Source: Cyanophora paradoxa CCMP329
Taxonomy: Eukaryota; Plantae; Glaucophyta
Assembly: GCA_004431415.1 (NCBI GenBank)
Contig: QPMI01000642.1
Span: 62,001-126,000, forward strand
Length of the DNA stretch: 64,000 nt
Reading direction: 5' to 3'
Below the pieces are notes generated by a model that saw nothing but the letters and a program-made list of their open reading frames with translations, was not told the origin of the DNA and made no database searches. A program made the translations under genes and the position numbers. Below, one piece after another: positions 61,887 through 64,000 of this stretch; the stretch's first letter is position 1, and the number at the start of each line of letters is the position of its first letter.

Positions 61887-62639
61887 CGCCGATACCAAAG
61901 CACGCGGCCCGGCGGCTTCGAATTCGAATCTCCTGCGGACATCCTTTCGTTCTTAGAACACATCCGTCGATATCGCAGAACGCGCGCAAAACAGCCTCAG
62001 ACAGTCCTAGCCTAGTACTGTAGCTATAGTAGACTTTGAGAGCAGCATGTACAGTTAGGACACTTTCGTGCAGTTTTAGAAGTTAGCGTTTATAAGAAAG
62101 CTATTCTTTACGTGCATCTAATAGTCATGCAGACTCGCAATGCCTTGCAGCTTGCATTTGCATTATCATGATCGGCCGCTTTCGGTCGGCGGCCCGGCCC
62201 TGCGGGATGCGGCCTACGATTTCCTCCGGACATCTTTCTCCTATCATGATCATCTGCCTAAACTCGCCCGAATCGTCCTGTATGGCCTCGTTGGCCTGGC
62301 TTTAGGCTATCGCTAGCGCTGCGGACCTTTCGCCAGCCTTGCAGGCCCTCGCCCCACGTGCACTGCGCCGGTTCTGAAAGCTAATATAAGCTTAAGGGAG
62401 TACAGCGTCGGTTCGAGATCGGTGGCGTGATCAGCGGAGAGACGATGGGCGGTCGATCGAAGCTAAAGAGACGAAGAAGATGAGGAGACGATATCGATAT
62501 TGTAGCTATAGATCGGGAACCACGTTCCGAGCTCGAGCTCGACGCGATCGCGACTCCGAGGCTCAGAGCTAAAGATGATGATGCTAATTTATAGTGGGAA
62601 TGTCGACTCGGCCGGGCGAGTCGAATTCGAAGAATGGCC

Positions 62640-62905
62640 AGTACTAGTGCGCATGCGATCGCGCGGGCATGCGGGTGTCCGGGGGAGAGGCGTCAACAAG
62701 GGGAGGCCCTGAGGACCGGGGAGAGGGGCGGGAACGCGGGCCGGGCCGGGGAGGGAGGGGGTGGAGAAGGGGGAAGAGGGGTGGCCGGGGCCGGAGGCCC
62801 GGACATGCTGGGGGACGAGGCGGTGGGACCCGAAGGTTCGGGGGGTGGGGGGGAGGGGGGGAGGGGAAAGGGGGGGGAGGGAGACGGTGGCAGGTGAATT
62901 GTGCG

Positions 62906-62939
<34 letters not shown>

Positions 62940-64000
62940 CGGGCAAACTGCAACTTGGCAAATTGTCAGAATTCGAAGGAGGAGCCTCGGAGGCCTAGGC
63001 CTAGGGTGGGACTTCGTGACCCGGGGAAGGGGGGGGGGGGAGGGCGGGCGGGGGAAGGAGGCGGGGCGATGAGGGGAGAACACACCATAAGAACACACCC
63101 CTGATTCACTAGTATAGCTCGGGCGGGCCAAAGTGCCTCGATGGCCATGCCATGATGGACAAGGCGAAGGGGGGGGGGGGGGGGGGACCCGGTCCGATGT
63201 CTGAAAGGCTTGTTCCCGTAGGCTCATCTCTCGACTCGACACAGATGGACACATCAGCTCTATCCTTAGCCATTTGTCTTGGTGTGTGCGAATTCAGAAG
63301 CTCTACGGGGGGGGGAGAGAGAAAGGGGGGAAGGGAGGGGTGCAGGCCTAGGGACGGGCGGACCACGGCGCGCGATCGCGAGGGTACTGGAAACTTAAAG
63401 CCCCCGTCGCACCGTAAACCCGGCGGCCGGCCGGCGCCCCGGCCCGCCGGCCCGGCACGGCGGCCGCGGCCGCGGGGGACTCCGGGCCGGGAATGCCCGG
63501 GGCGGGAATATTAATCCCGCGACTCACTAGCTTCTTTTTTTTCACAAAGCCCATATCAAGGGCGGTGGCGAGTGTATTTGTCCAGTGACATCATCGTACG
63601 CACTACCGGTTCGGACTGGGCCGAACTCTGGGTCAGAGCATAACCTGAGGCCGGAACACAGGGATAGGCGCTTCGACGCTACGGCTGAGCGTTTCTCTTG
63701 TAGGGGAAGCGTGGGAGGGGGTCGTAGGTGTGAGTGTAAGTGTGGGAGTCGTGGCGCCGTGGGGGCCAGGCTTATCAGTCACGGAAGAACGGGGCGGGGA
63801 GGGAGGGGGGGAGGGGGGCGGCGCGGGCTAGGGTAGCGGGCGCGCCCCCCGATTTTTATTGCGTGCGGGGCCTGCGCCCCCGCCACGCCCCTCTGTCCCC
63901 CGACCCTACTAGGGCGCCCACCCCGCCCGCCACCGCCCGTCCCCGCGGCACACCCGATAAAGCCCCTACCCGGCCCACACTCACCCCGCGACTCACTAGC
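62640..64000. repeat. G-rich repetitive non-coding region with a recurring CCCGCGACTCACTAGC motif
   Basis: Long poly-G runs. The 16-mer occurs at 63516-63531 and 63985-64000. Confidence 0.5.

Overview
This is a GC-rich, intron-dense eukaryotic nuclear region. Most introns are about 50-100 nt with C/G-rich bodies. Two Phe-early N-terminal extensions suggest an archaeplastid alga such as a glaucophyte; this is an inference only. Most six-frame ORFs are GC shadows, so genes were rebuilt by hand-splicing. Genes in order: 5' part of INO80 (-); secreted PSI-repeat protein (+); bacterial-type tandem GNAT (-); SF3A1 (+); a ~17.7 kb giant single-pass surface protein (+) with GH16-like, REJ, FN3-array and GPS-like parts; an ADCY10/sAC-like cyclase-STAND protein (-); a Cys-repeat protein (+); a RimI-like GNAT (-); a DnaJ-type Zn-finger protein (+); a HIT protein (-); CIA2/FAM96 (+). 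The most striking structure is 43028-53561. Two ~98% identical ~500 bp hAT-type MITEs in direct orientation bracket ~9.5 kb, and an 8-bp target-site duplication (GTGCTCAT) flanks the whole unit rather than either MITE. It looks like a eukaryotic composite transposon carrying nested repeats and a USP-like gene fragment, inserted between two divergent genes. Two U12-type (minor spliceosome) introns and frequent GC-AG introns are also visible.
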